Source: Methanobacteriota archaeon (GTDB lineage: Archaea; Thermoplasmatota; Thermoplasmata; SG8-5; JAGLSY01). Taken from it: a DNA stretch of 64,000 nt. Positions 41,023-50,962 of this stretch are shown in pieces. The position numbers and the translations under genes are program-made. The number at the start of each line of letters is the position of its first letter. Position 1 is the stretch's first letter. The notes under the pieces were generated by a model. The model saw only the letters and a list, made by a program, of their open reading frames with translations. It searched no databases and was not told where the DNA came from. Location of the stretch: positions 810,149 to 874,148 of the forward strand of contig JAEHCO010000001.1 in assembly GCA_020697715.1 (NCBI GenBank), in the 5' to 3' direction.

Positions 41023-42336
41023 ATGGATCTACGTAAGTTCTTGGACAAGCTGGAAGCCAGTGGCAAATTGATAAGGGTGACTAAAGAGGTAAGCACGGAA
41101 TACGAGATAGCCAATGTCATCAATTCTTTTGGAGAGCAGCCGATCATCTTTGAAAATGTGAAGGACAGTGATTTTCCAGTATTTGCCGGGATCACATCTT
41201 CCAGAGATATTATCGCAGACGGCCTGGGGACTGTGAAAGAGGATCTCCTTCTCAAGATGGTGAATGCTCTTCGTGAGCCAGTGGAGCCAGATATGGTTGA
41301 CGGAGCTGACGCACCGTGTCAAGAAGTGGTCGTCCACGATCCAGATCTTTCTAGAGTTCCTTTTTTGATGCATCTGGAAGGCGATGGCGGTAGATACGCC
41401 ACCGCCACGTGTGCTATTATCAAGGATCCTGAAACTGGCCGTAATATGTCCTATCATAGATTGATGTATCGCGGTGGAAATAAATTCACAGCCAGGCTTA
41501 TTCCCAAACGGCAGACCAGGACCACTTATGACAAGGTGGAAGGCGAGGTGGAGATCGCGGTCTGTATTGGAAATTCCGTTCCCGTGATGATAGCGGCTTC
41601 CCTTGGACCAGCACCAGGAACTGACGAATTGGCAATAGCTAATTCATTGGGAAAGACCGACCTCGTTAAGTGTGTGACAAAAGATCTGGAAGTTCCAGCC
41701 AGCAGTGAGATCGTCCTCGAAGGTAGGCTGATCAAGCAGGCGGATATTGAAGGACCATTTGTCGACCTTACTGAAACTCGCGATTTCGAAAGGCAGGAGC
41801 CTATATTTGTCGTGGATTGCATCACGCATAGGAAGGACGCGATGTACCAGGCACTTCTGGCGGGTCGGAACGAGCATAAACTATTGATGGGTATGCCGAA
41901 AGAACCCACCATATACGATGAAGTTAGCAAAGTCTGCAAATGCACGAACGCGGTCATCACACTGGGTGGAGGATCGTGGCTGCATGGTGTTGTTCAAATT
42001 CAGAAGCAAAATGAGGATGATGGAAGGAAAGCGATCGAAGCAGCTTTCCTCGGTCACAAGAGCATGAAGCACGTGATAGTGGTCGAAGATGATGTGGATA
42101 TCTTCGATCCCATAGCGATAGAATGGGCAATAGCTACCAGGTTCCAGGCTCACAAGGATGCGATCATCATGCCGGATCAACCCGGATCTTCGCTGGACCC
42201 ATCCGGGGATCACAGTGGCAAGAAGACCATGATCACGAAAGTGGGATTGGATGTGACCAAGCCGGCTGGAGTGGATCCAGCCAAGTACGTGAAAGTAAGC
42301 TACAAGGATGTGAATGTTGATGAATACCGTGGGTGA
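41023..42336 (+). CDS. UbiD-family decarboxylase, likely anhydromevalonate phosphate decarboxylase
   Basis: SYHR, EIVLEG, EGPFVDLT, VEDDVDIF...EWAIATR, SSLDPS; flanked by mvk and AcnX genes. Confidence 0.88.
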   Translation: MDLRKFLDKLEASGKLIRVTKEVSTEYEIANVINSFGEQPIIFENVKDSDFPVFAGITSSRDIIADGLGTVKEDLLLKMVNALREPVEPDMVDGADAPCQEVVVHDPDLSRVPFLMHLEGDGGRYATATCAIIKDPETGRNMSYHRLMYRGGNKFTARLIPKRQTRTTYDKVEGEVEIAVCIGNSVPVMIAASLGPAPGTDELAIANSLGKTDLVKCVTKDLEVPASSEIVLEGRLIKQADIEGPFVDLTETRDFERQEPIFVVDCITHRKDAMYQALLAGRNEHKLLMGMPKEPTIYDEVSKVCKCTNAVITLGGGSWLHGVVQIQKQNEDDGRKAIEAAFLGHKSMKHVIVVEDDVDIFDPIAIEWAIATRFQAHKDAIIMPDQPGSSLDPSGDHSGKKTMITKVGLDVTKPAGVDPAKYVKVSYKDVNVDEYRG

Positions 42337-42637
42337 AGGGAAATTCAGGGTCTGGCTCCAATGCGAGGGCATAGGCAATGACCTGGTCTACATGCTTGGT
42401 GGCGGTCAGAGATCGCATATAGGGAGCATAGTTCTCAAGATACCGCAGAAAGAAGTGGAAATATTGAACCTGGAAGGACATTATGATCACAGGGTGCTGG
42501 TGCCTATTGCGGAGGCGGCAGCCCAGAAGTATCACAAGAAAGTGGTGGCACTGGGTGGAGTTCACATTGATGATGCGACCAAGGAAGAAATTGAACAATT
42601 GGTCGCCAATTGCATGGAGTTGATAAAGTGCATCTGA
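42314..42637 (+). CDS. LpdD-like / PAC-fold small protein, candidate prFMN chaperone
   Basis: GGG..SHIG, EGHYD, GGVHIDDAT; overlaps both neighbouring genes. Confidence 0.72.
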   Translation: MLMNTVGEGKFRVWLQCEGIGNDLVYMLGGGQRSHIGSIVLKIPQKEVEILNLEGHYDHRVLVPIAEAAAQKYHKKVVALGGVHIDDATKEEIEQLVANCMELIKCI

Positions 42638-43818
42638 CGAAAGAGCAGGAAGGCATGCTGGCTGGAGAACAGGGAGAAGTTGTGGAACGATTATTCCGCC
42701 TGCTTGTCCGATTGGGCGACATCTATGGCGCGGAGGAAATGATTCCCGTTGGTAGTGTGCAGGTCGCAGGTGTGTCATACAAGTCCATTGGTGATCCCGG
42801 TCTGGAATTTCTTGAGGACTTCGCGGCCAAAGGAGCGAAGGTCAAGACACTTACATATCTCAACCCTGCTGGCATGGACATGGAGAACTGGAAAGAAGTT
42901 GGCTTTCCAGAGGACTTCGCCAAGCCCCAGATAAGGATAATGGAAGCCTTCAGAAAGATGGGCATAGTGGTCACGGCCACATGCACTCCTTACCTCGCTG
43001 GCAATCTGCCAAGGTACAGGGAGCACATCGCGTGGTCCGAATCTTCTGCGGTATCATTTTCCAATTCCGTTATCGGAGCCAGGACCAATCGAGAAGGTGG
43101 CCCATCAGCACTGGCAGCCGCGATATGTGGTGTGACCCCGAACTACGGTCTGCATCTTGATGAGAATCGCAAGCCAAACATAATTGTGAAAGTGGATAAA
43201 GAATTGGAATTCAGCTCGGACTATGGAGCATTGGGATATCATGTTGGAAAGCAGGTGAAGAACAAAATACCTTATTTCACCGGAATACCCAGCTCGGCCA
43301 ATACGGATCAATTAAAAGCACTCGGAGCAGCCATGGCGGCCTCCGGAGCCGTCGCGCTTTACCATGCAGAGGGCCTGACACCCGAAGCTCAATTGATGGA
43401 TGTATCTGGATTGGAGACCATCAATGTCGGAAAGGAGGAGATGGCCACTACTTACGAGACTCTGAACACAGGATCCATACCGGACATCGCGATACTTGGA
43501 TGTCCGCATGCGTCATTGCGAGAAATAGGGAGTTTGGCTGGCAAACTAGAGGGCTTGAAGCTCAAAAGACCCATCTGGATATGCACTTCCAGGGTGATGA
43601 AGGAAGCTGCCGATCGCATGGGATTCATCACTATCATAGAGAATGCCGGGGGCAGGGTGGTCGCCGATACCTGCATGGTGGTCTCACCCATTGAGGAAAT
43701 GGGTTTCAATATTACAGGTGTGAATTCAGGAAAGGCCGCGAACTACTTGCCTGGCTTCTGCCAGCAACAGGTTGTTTTCCATGATGTGGATGAGCTCATA
43801 AGGAGGCTGTCAGCATGA
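42628..43818 (+). CDS. Aconitase X large subunit (phosphomevalonate dehydratase L)
   Basis: QVAGVSYK, NPAG, TCTPY, WSESSA, TNREGGP, GCPH, DTC, NSGKAA; GTG start at 42628. Confidence 0.92.
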   Translation: MHLTKEQEGMLAGEQGEVVERLFRLLVRLGDIYGAEEMIPVGSVQVAGVSYKSIGDPGLEFLEDFAAKGAKVKTLTYLNPAGMDMENWKEVGFPEDFAKPQIRIMEAFRKMGIVVTATCTPYLAGNLPRYREHIAWSESSAVSFSNSVIGARTNREGGPSALAAAICGVTPNYGLHLDENRKPNIIVKVDKELEFSSDYGALGYHVGKQVKNKIPYFTGIPSSANTDQLKALGAAMAASGAVALYHAEGLTPEAQLMDVSGLETINVGKEEMATTYETLNTGSIPDIAILGCPHASLREIGSLAGKLEGLKLKRPIWICTSRVMKEAADRMGFITIIENAGGRVVADTCMVVSPIEEMGFNITGVNSGKAANYLPGFCQQQVVFHDVDELIRRLSA

Positions 43819-44198
43819 AAGGGCGAATGATCAACCCCGGAAAGGTCGAGGCCGAGGCCATCGTATCCAGCGAGCCCATCGGGTTCTATGGTGGTATCGA
43901 TGCAAAGACCGGCATAGTGATCGAGAAAGGTCATCAGCTTGAAGGACAATCGGTCACTGGCAAGATCTTGGTCTTCCCTCAGGGAAAGGGCTCGACTGTC
44001 GGTTCCTATGTCATTTACGGCCTGCACATGAATGGTGTTGGCCCAGCGGCTATCATCAATAAGGAAACAGAGACAATTGTCGCTACAGGTGTGATATTGG
44101 CAGATATACCATGTATCGATGGTATAGACATCGATCAGATAAAGACTGGCAATAAGCTCAAGATAGATGCTGACGAAGGCCTGGTAGAGATAATATAG
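43815..44198 (+). CDS. Aconitase X swivel subunit (phosphomevalonate dehydratase S, DUF126)
   Basis: FYGGID..TG, GKILVFPQGKGSTVGSY. Confidence 0.92.
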   Translation: MKGRMINPGKVEAEAIVSSEPIGFYGGIDAKTGIVIEKGHQLEGQSVTGKILVFPQGKGSTVGSYVIYGLHMNGVGPAAIINKETETIVATGVILADIPCIDGIDIDQIKTGNKLKIDADEGLVEII

Positions 44199-44206
44199 AG
44201 GAACTC

Positions 44207-44968
44207 ATGCTGTCAATCCTCAATGCCCTGATATTAGGATTTCTATGGGGCATTCGTAGAGGTGCCAGCTCCTGTCTCGCTCTGTGTATTCCATCCATTG
44301 TGCCGACCCTCATGGAGGAGCGTGGGAATTGGAAGAGTGGCCTCAAGGTCGCTCTCTGGTTCAATGCACCCCGAATTATCATATTATCACTTTTAGGTGC
44401 GGTAATTGGTGCTGGCGGATACATAATAAAAGAAGGTGTTCAGGAATTTTCTGTGGGCTCATCCATCTGGGCTATTGGCTATGGCATTGTGGGATGCATC
44501 ATGATCATCTACGGAACCTTCATATTCGCCACCATTTCGGATAAGCTGGAAGAAGGAGGCGATGCGGATGATGTCGATCAGGGATCTTGCATGGAAACAC
44601 CACATCCATTGCTCTCCAAGTTCAACTTGATAACACCAAAGAGCAGAACAGGCCTCTTTTTGTGGGGAGGCCTGGTAAGCATCGCTTGCATCGGGGAGAC
44701 CGTGCTGGCTATCGAGACGATCTTTGTCGGGATATTCACTGCCGAAGGAGCTGTAAGCCCAATGACCGGAGCAATGCTCGGAGCTCTGGCCTTTTTCATA
44801 TTCGCACTTGGCACTGCGATACCATCAATGCTGATCGCCTCTTTCAGCACCTCACTGGCCGATCGTGAAAAAAGAAGAACAAGACTTCTACAGATCGAGA
44901 AATTCTCAGGTGTTTTGATGATAGTTTTCGGCGGTATACTGGTGATGACAGCGGTGTTCGTTATTTGA
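44207..44968 (+). CDS. DsbD_2/TauE/CcdA-like membrane protein
   Basis: About 6 TM helices; CLALC in TM1, SIAC later, FALGTAIP. Confidence 0.7.
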   Translation: MLSILNALILGFLWGIRRGASSCLALCIPSIVPTLMEERGNWKSGLKVALWFNAPRIIILSLLGAVIGAGGYIIKEGVQEFSVGSSIWAIGYGIVGCIMIIYGTFIFATISDKLEEGGDADDVDQGSCMETPHPLLSKFNLITPKSRTGLFLWGGLVSIACIGETVLAIETIFVGIFTAEGAVSPMTGAMLGALAFFIFALGTAIPSMLIASFSTSLADREKRRTRLLQIEKFSGVLMIVFGGILVMTAVFVI

Positions 44969-44975
44969 TATTCAT

Positions 44976-47942
44976 TCAGGACTCTGGCTCTTCTTTCTTA
45001 TCTTCTATTTTGCCAGGTTTCTTTTTCCGAACAATTCTAGCGATATTCAATCCAATAGCGACCATGGCGAACATGATCAATACCGCGATACCCATGGTAT
45101 TGAAGGCTCCTGGATCGGCTATCTCTCCAGCACCGTGGTGGTCATCTCCATGATCTTCAACAGGAATAAGATGCGCATCCAGCCACTCGGTCTCCTGGAT
45201 ATTACCTGCCTCGTCCTCCGCGATTATCTTGTAATGGAATATATTGTGAATATCTTCTATCGGGTATGCGCTGGCGATGTATGTATTACCTCCAACTTCC
45301 CGCACTGTCATATTCACCTCGAAGGTCGGGGAGCATACTTCATCCGTACAGGAATAGTAGATCATCTTGACCTCCACCGGGTTTAGGTCACCTACCACGG
45401 CAGATACGTTTATGAGATCCGTAGACATGGCATCTACTGGCTCGTGCTCCGCACTTGCTATTATCGGGGGTATGATGTCATCCTTTACCAGAAGTGTGAG
45501 CTTTTGATTAAGATCTACAGTTGTGTCATTAACTCCCCTGGCTCTTATATTGAACTCCGCGATATCTCCCAGTGTGCTGTTGACATTGCTGATATCAACA
45601 GTTATGGCCTCTGATCCCATAGCTGGAACTGTGATATTATCAACAGACAGATCCACTGACCATCTGGATATATCATTGCTGGAAAGGTTGGCTTGTATAG
45701 CTACATCTTGATAGTTCCAAAGAGTTAGATCGAAAGATGCTGAGCTGTTCATCTCAATGGCCTTGATATCAATATCGGCTTCCCATACCAATGCATCCTC
45801 GATGCCCGCATCGATCATCTTCGAGTTCACAAGCACCCCATCTTGCCATACTGTGATAACCACACCCAGGTTGCTAAGTCTGAAATCAGAATAGGCCAAT
45901 GCATCTGTGCCATCCCATGTGATGTTTATCATTTCGATCTGACTTTCAGCCAGGTCGACCGTCTGGTTCGCTATCAGGTCGATGAAGGCATTTGGTATTG
46001 GATCTTCATCTTTATTAGGGAATCTGGATACTTTCTCTATCAGGGATGCCTTTACCAGCACCGTGTGGGTGGAATTGTCTATATTCATAATGGAAATGTT
46101 TGTCTGTAAGGATCCGGATGATTCGCTCATTATTCCGGTTATGGAAACATTGGCCTGAGCCAGTTCCGCACTGTTGATAGATCTCATGTATTCACTAATA
46201 ACACTATCAAGAACACCTGGGGTATCTATATTGCCACCGCCAGCTGTATTGATCGGGCCACCATTGAATATCGCCCATGGATGACCCTTGCTTGTATTGC
46301 TATAGTCATTTTTGATCTCTCTCAGGTATTTGGTTTCCATGAATATTGAATGATTACCAGATACCGTATCCGCATCAGTATTATAGGCTATGAAGTTCGT
46401 AATGCCCAGTTCTTCGAATTCCATAAGTACTTCCTCGGTAACTGGGCAATTGACACATGTCTCATCCACGAACAGCTCGACGAAAGGCATCTTTCCTGTA
46501 TCCACGACAGATATTGGCCCAGCAGCCTCCTGATACATCGCGACAGCATCTTCTATCACGATCTCCAGATCAGCTTTCTTGGAAACTCCAGCATCACTGG
46601 AAGAACCATATACTGACTTGAATACTGGCAGAACACCATCCGCGGTCTGATTAAGGGTGACTATGGCGAATAATGGAACGCCGGATGTGTCGTCAATTTC
46701 TCCCAACACATCATAATCATAGTAGCTGTTTACTTCATCCTCTGGTGCGAGATCGAGATTTATGTGTATGAACTTGATCTGTTCCCCATACTCTTCCTCA
46801 AGCTCGTCAATATGCGGATCCATCTCATCACATGCCGCACAAACTATCGTTCGATAATGAAGGAATACTGGACTGTGATCCAGGGTCTCCGTGACAAAAT
46901 CCTGATGATTTCCAGTACCATCATCATTGACCGTGTCCGAATCACTGAAGAACCATTCATCCGGGCTCACCGGATCAAGAGCCAGGCAACCCAAACAAGG
47001 TATGGCATTGATCGCATCCACGCGTTCGTAGCCCGCATTGTAAGCTCCTGCGAACATCAGACTCGCGGCCAATATGACCACGATCATCCATGGCATGAAT
47101 CCAGCCATCTTTCCCTTTGCGAATCTGGAACCCAGTTTCAGAGATCCATGCCTGCAATTGTCCACACATCTTCCGCAGAGAATGCACTCCGCATCTTCGT
47201 GTCTTCCCATGCCCTTCACGTCCATAGGGCATGCTCTCTCACAGAGATTGCAGTTTGTACAGGATCCCTCATCCCTTGAGAGGTTGACAGCGGACTTGTA
47301 GTTCAATGGAGCCAAGAAAGCTCCGACTGGGCACAGATACTTGCACCATCCCCTGACGACCAGTAATATCAATATTATGAAAAGCACGATGGATGTGATC
47401 TTTATCGGGAAGGTGGTTCCCAGTGTCCATTCAGAGGCATAGAATACCAGTGTGGGTACGGTTCCAGTCACTCCGCCAACTGGGCAGAAAGTGGTATAGA
47501 AAAGATCCATCGCCCAATAAGATAGGAAAGGTATCGCGATCAATATGAGGTATTTGATGTACTTCACACGATGATCGATCTCTCCACCTATCTTCTTGTT
47601 AAGATATTTGCCGATGCCAGTCTTATTGGTAACATCCTGTAGGGCACCTATTGGGCACCCCCATCCACAGAATGCTCTTCCGAAAAGCAATCCCATCAGT
47701 ACCATGAATCCTATAAAGAAACCAAGCATCGCCATGCCGGTCCAGAACAATCCCTCGATCTGTATATCGATGACCGAGTGTTCCAGTATCCCGATAGGGC
47801 ATGCTCCCACATCCCAGGGACATGAGTAACAGAAGAAGTAAGGGTAGATGATCCCGGTCGTGCTCAACCCGAACAATATTCCTGAAAGTGTGACTACCAG
47901 GAATGCGATCTGCGCTGTTCTTCTGTAAGTGCTGAGCTGCAT
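44976..47942 (-). CDS. NapH/YccM-like membrane polyferredoxin fused to two thioredoxin-fold domains, Ig-like domains and a TM anchor
   Basis: CYSCP..ACP, GRAFCGWGCP, RGWCKYLCP, two 4Fe-4S motifs; then CLGC, CAAC, CVNC. Confidence 0.82.
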   Translation of the reverse strand: MQLSTYRRTAQIAFLVVTLSGILFGLSTTGIIYPYFFCYSCPWDVGACPIGILEHSVIDIQIEGLFWTGMAMLGFFIGFMVLMGLLFGRAFCGWGCPIGALQDVTNKTGIGKYLNKKIGGEIDHRVKYIKYLILIAIPFLSYWAMDLFYTTFCPVGGVTGTVPTLVFYASEWTLGTTFPIKITSIVLFIILILLVVRGWCKYLCPVGAFLAPLNYKSAVNLSRDEGSCTNCNLCERACPMDVKGMGRHEDAECILCGRCVDNCRHGSLKLGSRFAKGKMAGFMPWMIVVILAASLMFAGAYNAGYERVDAINAIPCLGCLALDPVSPDEWFFSDSDTVNDDGTGNHQDFVTETLDHSPVFLHYRTIVCAACDEMDPHIDELEEEYGEQIKFIHINLDLAPEDEVNSYYDYDVLGEIDDTSGVPLFAIVTLNQTADGVLPVFKSVYGSSSDAGVSKKADLEIVIEDAVAMYQEAAGPISVVDTGKMPFVELFVDETCVNCPVTEEVLMEFEELGITNFIAYNTDADTVSGNHSIFMETKYLREIKNDYSNTSKGHPWAIFNGGPINTAGGGNIDTPGVLDSVISEYMRSINSAELAQANVSITGIMSESSGSLQTNISIMNIDNSTHTVLVKASLIEKVSRFPNKDEDPIPNAFIDLIANQTVDLAESQIEMINITWDGTDALAYSDFRLSNLGVVITVWQDGVLVNSKMIDAGIEDALVWEADIDIKAIEMNSSASFDLTLWNYQDVAIQANLSSNDISRWSVDLSVDNITVPAMGSEAITVDISNVNSTLGDIAEFNIRARGVNDTTVDLNQKLTLLVKDDIIPPIIASAEHEPVDAMSTDLINVSAVVGDLNPVEVKMIYYSCTDEVCSPTFEVNMTVREVGGNTYIASAYPIEDIHNIFHYKIIAEDEAGNIQETEWLDAHLIPVEDHGDDHHGAGEIADPGAFNTMGIAVLIMFAMVAIGLNIARIVRKKKPGKIEDKKEEPES

Positions 47943-47951
47943 GTGATTACC

Positions 47952-50825
47952 TTATTCTGTCTTCTTCGCTGTTTCGTCTGATATTTCAGTCTCGGTGCTT
48001 GGTTCTTCAGCTGGAGTTTCTTCGTTTGGGGCTTCTGGCTCGATATCTGAAGGTGCTTTGCCAGGTCCCTTGCCCATCATCATGATCGCGACTACGGCCA
48101 CGACGATAAGAACTATACCCAGAATGGCAAAGACGATCATGCTATCACTATCGTCATCTGTACCCGCATCATCATCAGTGACATTGCCATCATCAGCATT
48201 ATCATCGATGGTATCTGTGTTATCACCGATACCATCGCCATCCGAGTCAGTGTCCTCTGTCTCATCCAGTGGGAAGTCATCATTGATATCCAGGACACCG
48301 TCACCATCATCATCATCGTCCTCGGCATTGGTCAGTCCATCATTGTCCGTATCGTATGGCATTGTGTCTGTCGTATCTGGGATCTTATCATTATCATCAT
48401 CACCATCGATATCATTGTCCAATCCGTCATTGTCCGTATCGTATGGCATGGTGTCAATGGTATCCGGGATCCCATCCTCATCATCATCCAGATCTGCATT
48501 GTCTCCAATACCATCACCATCATAATCCATGGTCTCGGAAGCATCCTTTGGGAAGGCATCATCTACATCATCTGTCCCATCATCATCATCATCTGTGTCC
48601 GCATTATCTCCGGTCCCATCTCCATCCGTATCGATGGATTCTGTCGCATCCAGTGGGAAGGCATCTGTAAGATCGGGCACGCCATCACCATCATCGTCGG
48701 TGTCCGCATTGTCTCCGATATTATCAGAATCGGTGTCATTCCACTCGCCAGCATTTTCTGGGAAGATATCCACAGTGTTATTGTAGCCATCTCCATCGAT
48801 GTCATCGTCCAATGAATCCGGTATTCCATCATCATCGATGTCGGATGGCATGGATGTATCATCCAGTGGGTCTGTCCCTTCCTGGATCTCCACCGTGTCG
48901 AGCCAGCCATCTCCATCATCATCAGTGTCTACATCGTCACCGATGCCGTCTCCGTCCGTATCATTGTCTATAAAGAGAACCTTCGAGGCCATGTTATTGT
49001 CCTCGAATGCCTCATCAATGGCATCCAATGGGTCGAGAGTGACATTTATCGTATGATTGCCTGGAGTGGCTGTCCAGTTGAAGGTGACAATGGTGTATTC
49101 GCCATCATTCAAAGTGGTGATATTATCAGAACCCAGATATGTCTCATTTGTTGTGAAGCTGGTGAAGTTCAGAAGGATATCCGTGGCTGGGGCATTTCCC
49201 GTATTGCTCACATTTATCATCATCTCTATGATATTTCCTTCAAGGTAGGTGCCAACTGTATCATTGAACTCCAGATCCGTATCATCAATGTTAAGATCCG
49301 CTATTGGAACAGAGTTGACCTGTATGGAGAAATTCTTATATCCAGTTACCACACCGAACAATGTACCATCAACAGTTACATTTACAGTGTAAGTGTCCTC
49401 AGTTGCAGGAACTGTGATCAAGACATTGAAATCACCATTTGTATCTGTGACCACCGTGTCATTGGAGAGGGCGGTACCATCAATGGAAACATTGACCATT
49501 TCTCCTACTGAGGGATCGCCATTTCCGTATGTGGCTGTTCCATTGACCCATATCTGTGTGCTTGGAAATGCTATGGTGGGATCTGCATTGGCTGTCACAT
49601 CCAGAACAGGTGTCTGGACATCGACATCGATCGTATTGGATAGTTCGCTGTCATCATAGGTCTCATCAATGGCAGTCACGGTTATGGTACAGGCTCCTGG
49701 AGTCATTGGTAAAGTGACTTGCTGGCTGAAATTACCGTCAGCATCTGTGGATATCGCGTGATTGCCTGTGCTAAGATTGACCCAGGCCTTTGTTGTCTCG
49801 ACAGGGGTTCCATCATCATATTTGACGGTGCCGTTCACAAGAACAGATTCACCGGGATAAACAGAAGTTGGGAAAGCCGTTAGAGCGATATCATCCACTT
49901 GCGGAAATGCCACTACTTGGAACATGACATCGGCAGATACACATGGCACATTCCTTGTCTCATTACCAGCCCAGTTCTGGGTCGTATTGGTCATGTCAGT
50001 GCTGATATTGTAGAATCCAGGTGTGGTTGGAGCTGTGATCATAAATGAGTAATTCCCATTAGCATCTGTCTTGCCATTTATAGTGGGGTTGTAGGTGAGG
50101 CTCATGGGTGTGTCTTCAACAGGTATCAAATGTGAATAATTGCCTGGCTTTGATGTACTTGGCCAGTAATGTGCACTTCCATTCACCCAGAAGGTCTCAC
50201 CAGGATCCAAAATAGCCTTTGAGGCGACAGAGGTCGCATTGGTCTGTTCCGGAGGCCAGGCGGGGTTGACGTAGATCCTGTCACCATTATCAATACCATC
50301 TCCATTAAAATCAGGATAATATAACCAATCCCAGGTGGTTGTATTTTCTAAATATAGCGTAAAGTAAAAATCATATCCGTCTCCATGGGAAGCCTCGTAT
50401 ACATTGGCTGACAGCCCCTCATCTCCGGGTAATTGGTAAGTGAAGAGATTGTAAGTAGTCATGTTTATGGGAGAAAGCTCGACCCAAGGAGGGGGCGTGT
50501 CATAACATATGGTATGATTACAATATCCTGTAAAGATCTCTGCATAATCAATTGATAGATTCGTCATAATATTCAATGTTATTATGTCTCCTGCCTCTTC
50601 AATTTCAATATATGAAGGTTGAATTCCAATTGCCTCCCAGTAAATACCCATCGGATACCTGGGAGTGGTGTAAATATCTATTATAGCGTCCTCTTGTGGT
50701 ATGACAATTGGGGCTGAAACTTCTTCCTGCTGTGGCATCGAAGTACCTGGCCCAATCATCAATGGGGTCATGAAGCTCAATATCAGAATTCCTGCTATCA
50801 TCATGCTGAACTGTGTTTTCTTCAT
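47952..50825 (-). CDS. Secreted Ig/CARDB protein with thrombospondin type-3-like Ca-binding repeats and C-terminal TM anchor
   Basis: Signal peptide; NTGN...LDP...DEAFEDNN (CARDB); many DxDxDG repeats; TM helix plus acidic tail. Confidence 0.85.
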   Translation of the reverse strand: MKKTQFSMMIAGILILSFMTPLMIGPGTSMPQQEEVSAPIVIPQEDAIIDIYTTPRYPMGIYWEAIGIQPSYIEIEEAGDIITLNIMTNLSIDYAEIFTGYCNHTICYDTPPPWVELSPINMTTYNLFTYQLPGDEGLSANVYEASHGDGYDFYFTLYLENTTTWDWLYYPDFNGDGIDNGDRIYVNPAWPPEQTNATSVASKAILDPGETFWVNGSAHYWPSTSKPGNYSHLIPVEDTPMSLTYNPTINGKTDANGNYSFMITAPTTPGFYNISTDMTNTTQNWAGNETRNVPCVSADVMFQVVAFPQVDDIALTAFPTSVYPGESVLVNGTVKYDDGTPVETTKAWVNLSTGNHAISTDADGNFSQQVTLPMTPGACTITVTAIDETYDDSELSNTIDVDVQTPVLDVTANADPTIAFPSTQIWVNGTATYGNGDPSVGEMVNVSIDGTALSNDTVVTDTNGDFNVLITVPATEDTYTVNVTVDGTLFGVVTGYKNFSIQVNSVPIADLNIDDTDLEFNDTVGTYLEGNIIEMMINVSNTGNAPATDILLNFTSFTTNETYLGSDNITTLNDGEYTIVTFNWTATPGNHTINVTLDPLDAIDEAFEDNNMASKVLFIDNDTDGDGIGDDVDTDDDGDGWLDTVEIQEGTDPLDDTSMPSDIDDDGIPDSLDDDIDGDGYNNTVDIFPENAGEWNDTDSDNIGDNADTDDDGDGVPDLTDAFPLDATESIDTDGDGTGDNADTDDDDDGTDDVDDAFPKDASETMDYDGDGIGDNADLDDDEDGIPDTIDTMPYDTDNDGLDNDIDGDDDNDKIPDTTDTMPYDTDNDGLTNAEDDDDDGDGVLDINDDFPLDETEDTDSDGDGIGDNTDTIDDNADDGNVTDDDAGTDDDSDSMIVFAILGIVLIVVAVVAIMMMGKGPGKAPSDIEPEAPNEETPAEEPSTETEISDETAKKTE

Positions 50826-50906
50826 TTTATCTTCCTCTGTAAATTATTGAATGATATTGTAAATGTGAATTATGTTTTAGTATTTGTTTCTGATGGTGAT
50901 TTTATT

Positions 50907-50947
50907 AAAAAATTAAATGGGAGAGAGCCCGTAGGGCTCTCTCATTT
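50907..50947 (-). terminator. Hairpin terminator of the 50963-53842 gene
   Basis: GAGAGAGCCC-GTA-GGGCTCTCTC perfect 10-bp stem, then a T tract on the minus strand. Confidence 0.75.
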
Positions 50948-50962
50948 ACTTATTCCTCATGC

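Noticed and set aside
48200-48970. Repetitive DNA and antisense Ser-rich ORFs
   Set aside because: Explained by the DxDxDG protein repeats of the minus-strand gene.
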